A stretch of 64,000 nucleotides of DNA from NCBI GenBank assembly GCA_964035545.1, contig OZ037768.1, positions 14,207,675 to 14,271,674 on the forward strand, in the 5' to 3' direction. This document shows, one piece after another, positions 37,225 to 51,000 of the stretch. Source of the DNA: Bugula neritina. Its lineage: Eukaryota > Animalia > Bryozoa. The notes beneath the pieces are model-generated. The model had not been told where the DNA came from. It saw nothing but the letters and a program-made list of their open reading frames with translations, and did not search any database. How positions within the stretch are numbered: position 1 is the stretch's first letter; each line of letters starts with the position of its first letter. The position numbers and the translations under genes were made by a program.

Positions 37225-40200
37225 TCAGATGTTAATAACTCTACTCAATTTCTGTATTCTGTTCAGTAAAATGTCTCCCTGTTTGATGACGGCCTGTAAC
37301 CATACAACATTATTTATATGACTCATTGAAAGTACATTAAAGCACCTGGAAGGTTCACCAGAAAATTCAAAACAATTAAATCTATTCCAATACAGTGCAT
37401 CAAAACAGAGAGAAGAAAACCATCTGTAAATAGTGTTCATGTAACTTTTAGATTGTTATGCACATTGACTGTCCAAAATCTTGACCAACTTTGAATAAAA
37501 TAATATACTAGTATAATGATAATGTGAAAAGTGTACGGAAAACAAGCCAACCTGATACTGATAATTCTTAGAATCGGGTCTGTTGGTTTCGACGATACCC
37601 CCAACCTTATCAATCTTGGCGTGCAGTCTACCAGCTGCTATAAACCTAGCCAACTCTCTACAACACCATAGAGAGTAGGTCACAGGATATGCACAATGGC
37701 TGATATAGTGAGTTGTCTCCCCAACAAAACGTTCAGTGGATAGAGCTCAAATTAATGACCATTACTATTTTTAAATAATTTCAAGTTGAGGTTAAAAAAG
37801 CTAAACAAAACAGACATGGCACCTAATTTATGGTTAGATAAGACAGCAAAAATAGAAAACAAGAAGCTATGGAATTGTATAGTTGAAGTAATCCCTGTAA
37901 ACTAGGAAAAGAAAGTGGCAAGTTAGCGAGCTCACCATAACCAGCAATATGGCATCCAATTTGTTTCATCTTTATTTCTCATCTCATTATTAATGACTCA
38001 AAAAAACTCCAAAAGTATTGTTTCAATTTTTTTCAATGAAATTGATAATTAGTTTATGTCTAGACATACTGGTCGATAAAGCTGACGGTGACACCAAATG
38101 CCTTGGCCATGTAGTCGAGTGTGAGACTCTGGTAAGACTGCAACAGTTGAGTGTATGCCAGCACTCTCATTTCCCTTACATAGTAGCGATAATGTTCATG
38201 CAGGTATCTATCATACTGCAGCTTCTGCTCTATGCCAGCTAAAAATACCATAATATACTCCTATAGCACACTGTATACACTTCAACAACGTATACCAGTC
38301 TCTCTAATACAAACTAACATTCTGAGTTGCAGGACATTTCTACATACAGTGCTGCGGTAGCAGTGTTACTGACCATTTCCACATGTCTTTAATACAGTGC
38401 TTAAAAGAACCACGATTTAACTACGAGTTACAAAAGTATTAAAAATAAGCTCACCCAACGACTTGAAAAACTCAGCATATCTACAGTCATACAAAGACAT
38501 CAAATATTCTTTAGTAGATGGCTGATCATGCAGCACTTCCAGAATCTCAGCACCTCTAACAATCTGCATATACAATATTTACTTACAGCAGGGTATATAC
38601 TATACTACACTATAATATAGTATAGTATAATATACTATACTATATTATACTATACTATATATCATAGTATCTATACTAAATTCTATATGAATGCTGATGA
38701 AATGCAGTGTATCACTCAATATACTGCATACTGTATATACTTTATATTATATAATACTATATAATTATTATAGTACTAAAGTAGTATATACTATAAAGTA
38801 TATTAAAGTAGTATATAACGTAAAGTATATTAAAGTAGTATATAAGGTAAAGTATATTAAAGTAGTATATAATATACAGTACACAACCTTATCTCTAAGA
38901 TCAGGCCTAGCCAATGCTTCCATTCCGAGTATGACTGTGTAGATGATGAAGTCAGAGTAATCCATTAGCTCATAGGAAGTGAATGTGGCAACAGCATCCA
39001 AACAATACTCTGCTGCTTCCTAGACATGTAGACATGGTTCACATTATCATATCTCTTACTATAATACACACTTTCAGCAGTATACTATACATGTTATACT
39101 GTATTTGCAGATTTTCTCACAAAAACACTAATACTAGATTGATTAACTCCACTTTTCAAAGCCCCAAATATTGTTTATATTGCCATAGTATCACAAGAAG
39201 TGCAACTGTATAAAACTGATAATTGAATAGACATATTAGCTACTCTTTATTACCTTAAATTTCCTATTGGCCATCGAATACACAGCTTTATAGACTTTTA
39301 GTCGATTTCTTCTGTCCCAATCACCTCCTTCATCTATTAATCTATTAACCATTTACCAACATTAGTGACGGTTAAGTCACAGGCAAGCATATGCCAAAGT
39401 ATAAAAACGAATGATGCATCCTTAAACAAAACAATGAACACAGAGAAAGCTTACGTTTGTGCTTTATCAATGTTTCTAGACGTCAGATCTTGATCCATAT
39501 AAAACAGACCAACTCTTATGAGATGAAACACTGTGTCCAGCTTGCAACCTATAGTATGTATTTTCTCTTCAGCTTTTCGAAATGCACTCAAGCATGCGTC
39601 CTACAACAGCGCATACGATGACATTATAAAGAGAAAACAATAATCGTAAAACATAGGGTAGGAAATTAAATGAAAAAAGCACCCGTAATACATAGGAAGC
39701 TCACCTTGTCTCCTATTCTCGAGTAGTGTTCAGCTTTTTTGATAAGCAAATCTCTTACTTCAGTTTCACCTAAATTTTCTTCTGCATCTTTTATGGATTC
39801 TTCGAAAGAAGCTAAAGTTTTGGCATTTGCTTCTTTCATAGTTGCTAGCAGAGCAGTGTCTACTGGCCACCCCAGATCTCTACACAACTCTTCATAAAAT
39901 GGGGCCATATCTACAGTCAAAGCATGATATCAGACAAGCTAAATGCTAATACATTTCCGAAAAGGTGAAATAAAACTTGTAGAAATAAAATGATATATGC
40001 ATACGACCTTTGAAAACCTACGTGCACATGAGGTTAATAAAATAATATCTTTGATGTCTGTATTTGCTTTGAAAAAAACACAATTAAAATGAATTGATTT
40101 GGACACAATAACGAAGTAATGTCAAGCTGTTACTTGCTATTATTGCACTTTTAATTACTGAGGATAACGGAAGTCTCACCAACAAAATATTTTACTCACA

Positions 40201-40724
40201 CATGATATTGCCTACAACTTAAGACTTTTTTGAACAAGCTGAGGGCTACTTTGCTTAAAACCAAATTTAGGAATGTAGACACTTAGTTAATTGTGAAGTT
40301 TTGCATGAAGCAATAATTGACAATAAAAGCTGAACTTCAACTTTAAACCGGTAGCTTAATCGAAATATCAAAACTCACAACTAGTAATTACATCTGACAC
40401 ATATGAATATATTGCTATTAGTGTGGGTGAAGATTCTGATATTTAAAGCAAAACATTCAAAATAGCAGATGAAATCTCCCTAATTTATAAGCAAGATTTT
40501 TGGTAGATTCTTCTAGAATCTAGATACTATGAAAGAGATAGATAATTTAAAATAAAAACAAATAAAATATCAAACTTACTATCTTTAGTAACTGCAGACA
40601 TGAGTTGATTCTTAATTTGTGGATCATTTTTGTATTTTTCTGTGCCAAGAACAAATTTCCACTGGGAAAGTTGTAAATCTGGGTTCTTTAATAATCCCTC
40701 TTCCGCCAAATTTTCAGCAGGCAT
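37225..40724 (-). CDS. PSMD6: 26S proteasome non-ATPase regulatory subunit 6 (Rpn7), 389 aa, 9 coding exons
   Basis: Exons 40580-40724, 39705-39910, 39455-39600, 39254-39341, 38888-39019, 38455-38563, 38070-38238, 37552-37657, 37225-37293 (1170 nt, GT-AG). Motifs [64 protein letters not shown]. Confidence 0.97.
38776..38872. repeat. 27-bp tandem repeat, ~3.5 copies, PSMD6 intron 5
   Basis: Unit AAAGTAGTATATAnnnTAAAGTATATT. Confidence 0.85.
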
Positions 40725-42604
40725 TTTGATTTCTAGTAAATGCAATTCAAATGAGAACTTGAAACATAGTTGCTGAAATAAATTGTTTTTAGTTGTGCGA
40801 AAATGATTTAAACACAATATCACAAGCAACAAGTTCAATAGTCAGGTGTCTAAGAAATTTAATCTAACTATCAGAATAATTGCGATAAGGGGACCAGTAT
40901 GCACAAGGAGCCCAGAGAATACCTGCATTACATTATCGACATAACCTGTAAATTTTAGAGTGAATGAAATGAAAAAATTTGCAAAGTAAACAACAATGCA
41001 ACAGAGATCAACAGGAGGTTGGAGATGAACATAAAAGCGACATTATTAGTGATTTGATTGGGACTTAAAATGATGTGTAAACTAATGGATTAGCTGACCT
41101 TTCGGAAATCGCAAAGTAGACATTTACGCCATTAGTATGTGGCCTTAATGAGATTAGTAAATCCTAATGTATAGTTTATAACTAAATTATATTTATCAAA
41201 AAAGTTCAGTGTATCAAAATTCAGGTGTTTTAAATCGATAGCAGCAAGACTACTGGCTTGGTCATTCATAAGCCCACCATGAAAATGACAGAAAAAATAG
41301 ATAGTTATATAATTTTAAACAATCTTCATTAAAGCCAATACCAGTGTTATTTTTCACTATAATGCTAATAGTGCGCCCAAACTTGGTATCATTTCAATAA
41401 TTTTAATTTTCTTTGTTCCCAATGCTGTTACTAATAGTAATAATAATATAAATATTATTTATTAAAAACTATAATTATATTTTTAAAAATTCACCATGGT
41501 AATGCAATAGAAATGAAGTAGCTGTGTGTATGTCTGTATGGCCTAGAGCCCTAGACATACTCATATTGATAGTAATATCAATAGACGTATTAACTACACT
41601 TTAAAAACTCATTGCTAGTAGCATGACTGGCACTAGCTACCACTAGGATGATAAATACAACTATAAACTTATAAAGGTAAGCCTGACCTATGACTGGGCC
41701 CTAATCTTGGAACCTAACAGTAATGGCAATTTTCAGGCTCTCCATATTCAGCTATCATTGTGACCAATTTGTTTTCAACCAGATTTATTTTGGTTATTAA
41801 TATTTACTTAAAAATCTTTTAGTTTTAGTTTGAGTTGAATTTAAATATTGCAGATACCAATTCAAATTGTCAATTGAAAACTTTCAAGATTCAACTTTCT
41901 TTACAATTTTAACATTTCAATCTAAAACAGAAACTGAGAGGGAGTATAACCAAAACTAAAAGAGTACATTAATGATTTATGAATATAATTATTATAATAG
42001 TAATTATATAAATAGTATTAGTTGATGTTATAATAAACAATTTGATTTAATAAAATTTCATCATTTAGTTTCACTCTTGTGATTATTCATTGACGGTGGA
42101 GCACAAGTATAAAACTAACAGAGTGTAAGTGTAACACAAACTGATTCTAAACAAGCTTAACATCAACTTTAAGTTTAACACAATGACCAACGGTAGTAGT
42201 ATTAGTAGTGCCTAGCAGTAACTCAAAAGTCTGACTCAGTAACTGTAACAGTAACAGCATGACTAAGTCTAACTCCGTAAATCCAACAGTAACTCAGACT
42301 GTAAGTATTAGTATAAGACTAACAGTAACTCTAAGAGTAAGTACAGTAGTATACTGTCTATCACTATATTTATAACTACAAATAACACTAACAGTAACTC
42401 AAACTGTGACTGTAAGTATTGAATTTAAATTTAATAAAAACTATAATTACTAATACTATTAATATTACTACTACTAGTACTATAATATTAGACTTAGTAA
42501 TAGACTAATAGTAATAGTTTTACTTTTAGTATTACAATAATTGAATAAAGTAATAGTTAAACTAAAGGTAAAGCTTAAACTTTTGGAACAACTATAAGTT
42601 ATAC

Positions 42605-45477
42605 TTCTCTCCACAGATTCTGACATAATTTGTCTCACTGAAACACACCTAGATGACACAATACCTAATAGCAATATTCTACCAATCAAGAACAAAACAG
42701 TATTTTGTCGTGATCGCAACATTTGTGGGGGTGGAGTTATGGTGGCTGTATGCGACCGTTTAAATCCCAAACTAGTAGATCTTAGTGAGTATAGGGAAGA
42801 GGTGGTAGCAGTGAAAATTCAACCACGAATGGTCATCTGCTGTTACTACAGACCTTATGTACATCTCTCCAACACAGATGTTATAAATGATATTTTGGAT
42901 TACCTACAAAGAGAGTATCAAAGGCACACTATTTTGTTTGTTGGAGATATGAACTTTCCAGGGATTGACTGGAATACAAAAGCAGTAAAGCCCTTGACCC
43001 CATACAAAAAGATTCATCAGAATTTTCTTAATGTACTAAATAGCCATAAAATGACTCAAGTGGTAAAAGGATCAACACACCTTCTTGGTAACACGCTGGA
43101 CTTAATATGCACCAACCAGCCCAACGTTATATGTGACACTGAGATCATAAGCCCAGGTCTTAGTGATCATTCATTGATCATTACTCATGTCCAAAGTGCA
43201 ACCACCGCTACCCTGAGAAAACCACAAACTTTCAGGCTGTACAAGAAAGCCAATCAAGAAGCATTTCAGGAAGATATGCAAAAAACATCAGAGGCATTAG
43301 CAGTTTTGGAGGACCCAGAGGAAATGTGGAATCTCTTCGCGGAAAACTTACCAAGAAGTATTGGTCAGCACGTCCCAATCAAGCAGCTGAAATCACCCCA
43401 CCCCTCTGTCCCAGAGTGGTTCAATAAAAAAGCTATGAAAATCAAAGAGAGAGTAAGGAAGGCACATAGGCGATCCAAAGTCAGCTCAAATAGCTTTGAT
43501 CGTGAACAGTACAAAAAACTGAGAAGAGACGGGAAGAAAGAGCTGAAAGTAATACGAAAAACCTTTTACACAAACAGAATATATCGTCCACTAAAAAGAG
43601 GGAACTCAAAGCCTTTCTTTAAACTGCTTAAAGCAGACAAAAACAAAAGACAAGAGCTATTGGTACTGAAGGACGATCAAAATATAGTGACGGGAGATCC
43701 TGTCCAATGCGCTGAGTTGTTGAACACTTTTTTCCAGAGTCAGTTCCAGCTGGGCTTTATGGCAGAAGACTTCTCAAGGATCGAAACCGATGCCCAAGAT
43801 TCTATTGATGTTACACCAGAAGGGGTTGCCAAACTTATCCAAAATTTGCCAAATGGAAAATCGCCAGGACCTGATGGAATTCGAAAGCCTGACATGCTCA
43901 TAGACTTGGAGGGTACTGCTAGATGTCTTGCTCTGATCTACAAAAGTTCCTTAGACACAGGTAAACTGCCAAAACAGTGGAAACTTGCAAATGTCACACC
44001 AATACATAAAGGCGGGGACAGTGAATCTCCAAACAACTTTAGGCCCGTATCCCTGACAAGTATTCCCTGTAAAATGATGGAGCACATCGTGCTTCATCAC
44101 CTCAATGAAAAGCTTGACAGTGTGCTTCACCATCGACAGCATGGTTTTAGGAAAGGACTGTCCTGCCAAACTCAACTGTGTGTTACCTACCATGACCTAG
44201 TAAAAGCAGCCGATGAAGGACATACTACCCATGCAGTAGTTATGGATTTCAAAAAGGCTTTTGACAAGGTACCTCACCTTATGTTGCTCCAAAAATTACA
44301 AGAGATACCGGGTATAAATGGATACCTCCTTAACTGGATACTCGATTTTCTTTCCGACCGACAGCAGTCTGTTGTACTTAGAGGGGCAAGCTCTCAAAAG
44401 TGCCGAGTAACCTCAGGAGTGCCGCAGGGATCTGTGCTAGGCCCAATCCTGTTTTTGTGCTATATAAATGATCTTCCGGATTTGTTGTCATGTAAAGTCA
44501 GCCTCTATGCTGATGACACTCTACTTTACCAAACTGTGAACACCACTAAGGATGCAGAACTATTCCAAACTAACATTAACGCTGTATATGAGTGGTCTCT
44601 AAAATGGAAAATGCCCTTCAATGAACAGAAATGCCAAGCAATTAATTTTGGTAAGGTAACCCCTATATCACACTACAAACTCGGTACCACATGCCTTGCG
44701 TGGGTACAAAGCACTAAATACCTTGGGGTAACCATCCAGTAAAACCTAAAGTTTGATCAACACATAAATAACAAGTGTACCAAGTCCCGGAAAATTCTTG
44801 GCGGCATCAAGCATTTGATGTATGACGCCCCAAAAGATGCTAAGCTATTGGCTTATACAAGTCTATGTAGGCCTATACTCGATTTTGCGGATGTGGTTTG
44901 GGATCCTGCGGCTAGGGGTAAAGTGCATGATATGGAGCTGGTCCAGAACAGTGCCATACGATTTATAAGCAATATGAAGGGACGTGCTGACAGTGTTTCT
45001 GAGGCGAGGGATGAGTTAGGACTCCGGTCGCTGGAAGACAGACGAAAAAATCATCGACTGTGTTTGCTGACCCGAATTCTTCAAAATGAGGATCAACACC
45101 AGTCTCTATCCAGAGCCTATGACGAAATAATTGAAGGCAGGGAACTTGTAACTGTAACCACTCGAGCAGCTGCCAGAGGAGAGCTTATCTCTATATCATC
45201 TAGGAAAAACTTATTCCACACTAGTTTTCTACCACGAACAATTCGTGAAATGCGCGGAGAATATAATAACTAATTACAAAACAGCAAATGCTGTAACTAG
45301 TGCTAACCCTGGTCCAATGTAAGTTTTCACTAGAGGCTTCCCTATAGACTTTCCAGTTGCTGCGGAAGTCCTACCTCAACTGAGGTAATAAACTATGCTT
45401 ATAATAATACTAATAGTAATACTAATAGTAATACTAATAGTAATACTAATAGTAATACTAATAGTAATACTAATAGT
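42605..45477 (+). mobile_element. 5'-truncated CR1-group LINE (APE + RT) with one nonsense codon and a simple-repeat tail
   Basis: DIICLTETHL, YYRP, GDMNFP, LDL, SDH (APE); KSPGPDGI, NFRPVSLTS, DFKKAFDKV, SGVPQGSVLGP, LYADD, KYLG (RT). ORFs 42739-44742 and 44815-45273 are in frame across one TAA; (TAATAGTAATAC)n follows at about 45405-45477. No clear TSD; exact clade not resolved. Confidence 0.9.
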
Positions 45478-46745
45478 ATAGCTACTATAAGTATAACTAA
45501 CTATAAGTATAAGTATAATTGCTTTATTGTATAACTATAGTCTATAAGTATAAGTATAACAATAACATTAACTAAGTTTAACAATAACTATAACTGTAAG
45601 TATAAGTCTATAAGAAAAACTTCAAGTTTAACTACAACTTTAACTATAAAGTTAAACTGTCTTTAATAAATTAACAAAACATTAACTAATACTAATACTA
45701 ATAGTAATAGCTAATACTAATTCTAAATCTAATAGTAATAGTTAATACTAGAACTTCTACGTCTAGTACTAGTAGAAGTCTACAAATGACATTATATAAC
45801 TATAAGTATAACTATAGTCTTTATGTTATACTATAGGTATAACACTATAACCACAAGTATAAGATTAAGTATAATTATATTCATATTGATATACAACTAA
45901 AAGTAAACAATTTAATTTTTATTTCAATTTTATTCAGAAGAATAACTTATACTGTTATAGTTATAAATATAACATTAACTATTTTATTTAGGGATTTAAA
46001 TTTAATTAGGGTAAAACCAAAACACATCACTTTTTTATTATAGAACAATCAATTCATAAATATCATAAATATAATACTAGCATACTGATACTGATAGTGA
46101 TGCTGAGATCTCAAATTTTAATTGAATAAAATGAATTGCATCTGTAAAAATTATTTAGACTCGCAGTCAATTATCTCCAAAAATTATTTGTATCAATGAT
46201 GCTGATTCATGACTTGATGACAATGCAGATAGAATGTTTTGTATAATTAAAAAATGATAAATTAAAATTTATTAAAATGTTGTTATTGCTGTGTATCAAA
46301 TTCTTTTTCGAAAATATAGCTCAATTTAAAAAATCATTTTGAGTCATCAAAACAAAAATACCGGAACAGGATATTATGGGTTCTATGGCAGCGAATTTAA
46401 TAAGCATCATGCGAGCTAGATTTAACACCTTCAAGTTTGAACTGCTCCAGCACAGCAACTTTTCAACTGAATGAGTAATACTAAGTAGCACGAAATGCTT
46501 TTTACGTAAAAAACAGAAGCTACAGTAATAATTGGAGCAGATCATTACTTTATGCGACTGTTCCTAATTAACTATCGTGGGAAAACTAAAAAGTCTAATA
46601 AGAATAACTATAAGATTAAGTATAAGAATAACATTAACCGTATTAGGGTTCTATAGTTATAGTATAGCCTATTAGACTGGATGTACCATTATTTTAGCGA
46701 TTGATTCTCACTGTAATACAATTAGTGTAATAACTGCTCAATAAA

Positions 46746-47605
46746 ATGTCTTATGAAAAACCTATTGAACCACAGTGGGTAAAGAAGCCTCGAGAGAAAC
46801 AACCTCTTTGGAAAGAGTGGGATTACCAAGCAAATAAACGGGGGATTAGGCACACCGTATATTCGGTAAATGGAGATGAATATACTGGAGAATGGTTGAA
46901 CAATCTTAAACATGGTAAAGGAACTTACACCTGGAAGACTAATAAAGCTATATTTGATGGGGATTGGGCAAATGGCAAAAGAAATGGATTTGGCACATAC
47001 AGTTTACCTAAAGGTGTTGGGTATCGGAAAGTGTATGCAGGAGGATGGAAAAATGACAAGAGGCATGGTTATGGGACAAATTTTTACACTGATGATGAGT
47101 ATTATGAAGGGGAATGGTATGCAGACAACAGAAGTGGTTGGGGAAGAATGTACTATGCAGATGGTACTTAAAACTATTGCTATTACATTTTGCATGTCAC
47201 ACAGCAAAACAAACAGAAAATAGAAATGTTCCCGAAAAAATTATCTTGAACAATATGAAGTTTTCCTAATTTTGTTGCTATATTTTAGGTACAATATATG
47301 AAGGAGAGTGGTATGATGACAATCGAAGCGGCCAAGGCATGTTGCGACTACCCAATGAAAACAGATATGAAGGGTCATTCAAGAATGACAAAAAGAATGG
47401 ACCAGGAAAGTTTTTCTATTTAGACAAAGGCCAGTTATATGAAGGAGTGTGGGTAGATGACATAGCCAAGTGCGGAGAAATGAGAGACTTTGGCAGAGAC
47501 ACTGCCACAAATCCTACAGAGTTTGAAATACCTAAAGTAGAGCTTTACAACCCCAAAGCTGTTATGGAGGAAGCTGAAAGCAATTTTTTGCCAGAACAAG
47601 ATTGA
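46746..47605 (+). CDS. MORN3: MORN repeat-containing protein 3, ~244 aa, 2 coding exons
   Basis: Exons 46746-47163 and 47289-47605 (GT-AG, phase 1); MORN repeats YxGxWxxxxxxGxG; LWKEWD..NGDEYTGEW and AKCGEMRDFGRD..PT.F.IP match MORN3. Confidence 0.93.
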
Positions 47606-48026
47606 ATCTAGTGAGATATTATTCATATACTTTATTTTTTAAATTTTTTGATCATAATTGGTATAAAATATTAAAAAATATGGACGACAATTATACAAGT
47701 AAATTGTGATTTAGTATCCACTACAATACTAACATTAAAATCCAGTTCCTATACAGTTTCGTTATTCCCTATATAAAATCAACTAGTTGTTTCAAGTTGA
47801 ACTTATATATGTACATTAAAAAGCTGTGAAGTTGTTGGTAATCTTATATAAGCAAGCAAATATCCTCATTCAAGCCAATTTAAAATTTTAGAGAGTAAAT
47901 CAAAATTCCTAACATAAGAAAAAGAGAGAAAGATAAACATTTATAACTTCAACTAGATTGTAGCTGTAGGTATCTATGTGTGTCGAAAGCTGCAGTCTAA
48001 ATATAGTAATTGTCCTAAGTATTATT

Positions 48027-51000
48027 TCATAAACTATCATCACTCTCATTGGCTTGTAAATGGTGATGAGCTTCATCAGAGTCCATAACTGAAGTATCTG
48101 TACTTAGTGTTTCTGAAGGCGTATCTGCCATTACTAGTAACATACAAACATGTTACATATTACTTTAGTTACCAACATTCAATTGAGAACAAAACCGGAT
48201 CACTTAGTCTTAACAAATTATTAGGAAGCAAAAGTAGAATAACCAGTAACACAACAAGGTAACAATAATTTACAAACAATAGTGTAGGAAATTTTAGTTT
48301 TGAAATCAGTATAATATATCAACTTACAGATACTAGCATCAACTGAGAGTGAGTGCTCTTGATCTTCTTCATCTGTCACGTAACGCCTGTCTATTGCTTC
48401 CTTTATATGATTATTTGCTCCTTTAGGATCTAAATCTGTAGCCCAGGAAAAATTAAGCATTGAAAGATGTGCATTTCCCAGCTTTTTATGAACCTAAAAC
48501 ATATAAAAGAGCAGTTAACCAAGAACTCAAGTAGCCAAATGTTGAAAGACTTAAATAGCTTTTGAAAAAAATATGAATACAATACACAATGCAGTAATAA
48601 CAGCAATAGAAGTGGAAGTAGTAGTAATAGGAGTGGTGGTGGTAGTGATAGTAGTAGGAGTGATGGTAGTAGTAATAGGAGTGGTAGTAGCAGTAGTAGG
48701 AGTGATGGTAGCAGTAGTAGGAGTGATGGTAGCAGTAATAGGAGTGGTAGTAGTAGTAGTAACAGCAATAGTGGAATTAAAGTTTGGCAGTGCGTAGTTG
48801 TTGCTAATGTAGTAATAACTATTATAGTAACAGTTATGGTAACGAACAAACCTTTCCAATAAGGAAATAAACTAGACTCTCCTTGGGAGTGAGAGCCTTC
48901 AAAGACTCCAGCTCTTTCAAAGCTTGTTCTAGCTTATCATTAGCAACCAGCATAGATGCTCTGTGGAAAAGACACATAGGATTTCTGGGGCTCATTTCAA
49001 CAGCTTGGTTCAATGTTTCCAAAGCCAAGACATGTTTCTGCAAAGCATGCTGTACCTGTAACATAAATGATATACCAGTCTTTTAATATATGATGCATTA
49101 AATTAATTTGTGAAGTAAAGCACACTTTTTCACCTCTAATACACAGATATTTGTTGTTGAAACTATAAGAGATTTGAAGACATTCAAATAATTACAGGGC
49201 ACTGATAAAACATTGGAAAAATTCTAGCACACCTACCAAGCCTATGTGGCAGAGCAGGACAGCACTTTGAGGGTTGATCAACAAAGCTTTTTTAAAATGT
49301 GCTTCAGCTAGAGTGAACTTTTCTCTTTTATAAAATATCATGCCAAGGCCGTACCTAAAATGTATATCATACACACATTTACTCTAAAACCAACACTATA
49401 TAGCAGTGAATTACAGTTTAAAGTTTCTCAACAGGAACTTGTCACACAGGGAGTATGCAGGTAATACACTACAAAGCCATGAGAAGAGCTTACTGTACTC
49501 ACCATGCATTGTAATGCCTGCTGTCAACTCTTATAGCATTTCTAAAGGCTGACATTGCCTTGTCGTAATCTTCAGTTATAGTGTACTCGTGGCCCAGCAG
49601 CGTGTAGGCGTAGGTAAAGCATGGGTCAATCTGAATGGCTCTCTGCAAAAACTTTATTGCTGTTTCATGCTCCTTTTGTAAGCTGAAGCAGTTGCCATTC
49701 ACACACCAAGTCTATAAATAACAGCAAACAGCCTTTAATCAACAATTTGAAAATATATCATTTTAAATATTTTCCAAAGTGTAGAATAACTAGTAGAATA
49801 TATCCGTTGCGTCTGTTGCTTCAAAGTCTACAAAAACGTGTTCAAAGTTTGCAGAGAAATTAAAACAAAAACAGAAAGGCAGTGCAAGTAGATGACCATT
49901 ACCTGAGCACAGTGCTTATCTATTTCAACCATATCTTGAGCTAGAGTTGATAAAGCTACTTCATCTTGAAGGTGGAACAATACAGTACTGTATGTTTCCA
50001 TGCCATTGATCTGATGAGGTTCCAACTTTCTCAACTCATCAAACACCTCTCTAGCCTACAACAAGTAAACATGTACAGCATTCACCCACTGCAACTTTAC
50101 ACCAACAGTAGAGGACAGCATCTGTGTCTTAGAGAGCATGTTTCTGACCTTATGATACTCTGCCATCTCAAGGTAGGCTCTTCCTGCCTCCGCCAGCACC
50201 CAGCCGGTCTTGTAATGGTGAGAAGGAACTGCTTCAAACAGCTCTACACACTTCTTAATATCAAATGTATGTGAGGCTAAATAAGCTGCACCGAGATCTC
50301 TTAGCAATGATAAAAATGCACCTAAAATATAAAAAAAGATACAAGTTTGAATGCCAGCATGTAGAAATTAACATACTCAACTTAGTTGAAAAACAACAGC
50401 TAAAGAACCCTGTCTAATGATGCATCAATTATCTAGTGCATAGAATGCCCTGTTTTTATAGCAATTAATTATGCCATGTGAACGAAGGGTACATATTGTA
50501 CAGCTGTGGAGCCACCTGAAATAAGAAGTCTTTTTTTACAAACTTTGTCACCCAAAGTCAGTAGCATCTGTATGCTGCCAGATTGGTACCTGAAAAATGT
50601 GCTAAAGATATGTCGGTTGTCACAAATAACTGTGTATTTGCCCGTTGAGAAAGTTTCATATTCATTGTTATAATATTTTACTAAATAAAATAATCAGTGG
50701 TTAGCTAGGAACAACAGGGATTGTTATGAGCCAAAGTTTCACTTTATCACACTCACTGGCTGATTGCTTCTGTTTTATATCAAGCGCCTCAACTGTAGAG
50801 GCTGATGTAGTCGAAGGCCGCTTTACAGAGGAGTTGTATTTGTTTTTACTGGTTACTTCGTCAGATAGTTTAATGCTCTGGTTAGAACGAGCCTTTCTTA
50901 TGGTGGACCTGAGACTGGTGTGACTTCCCCTAGTCTGCATTTTACTATTTTCCTATAAATGATATAATCAAAATACACTTTACTACAACAAAGTACTGAC

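Noticed and set aside
48430-48859. Poly-Leu, poly-Thr and poly-Val ORFs resembling membrane or mucin proteins
   Set aside because: They come from a trinucleotide repeat inside CDC27 intron 15.
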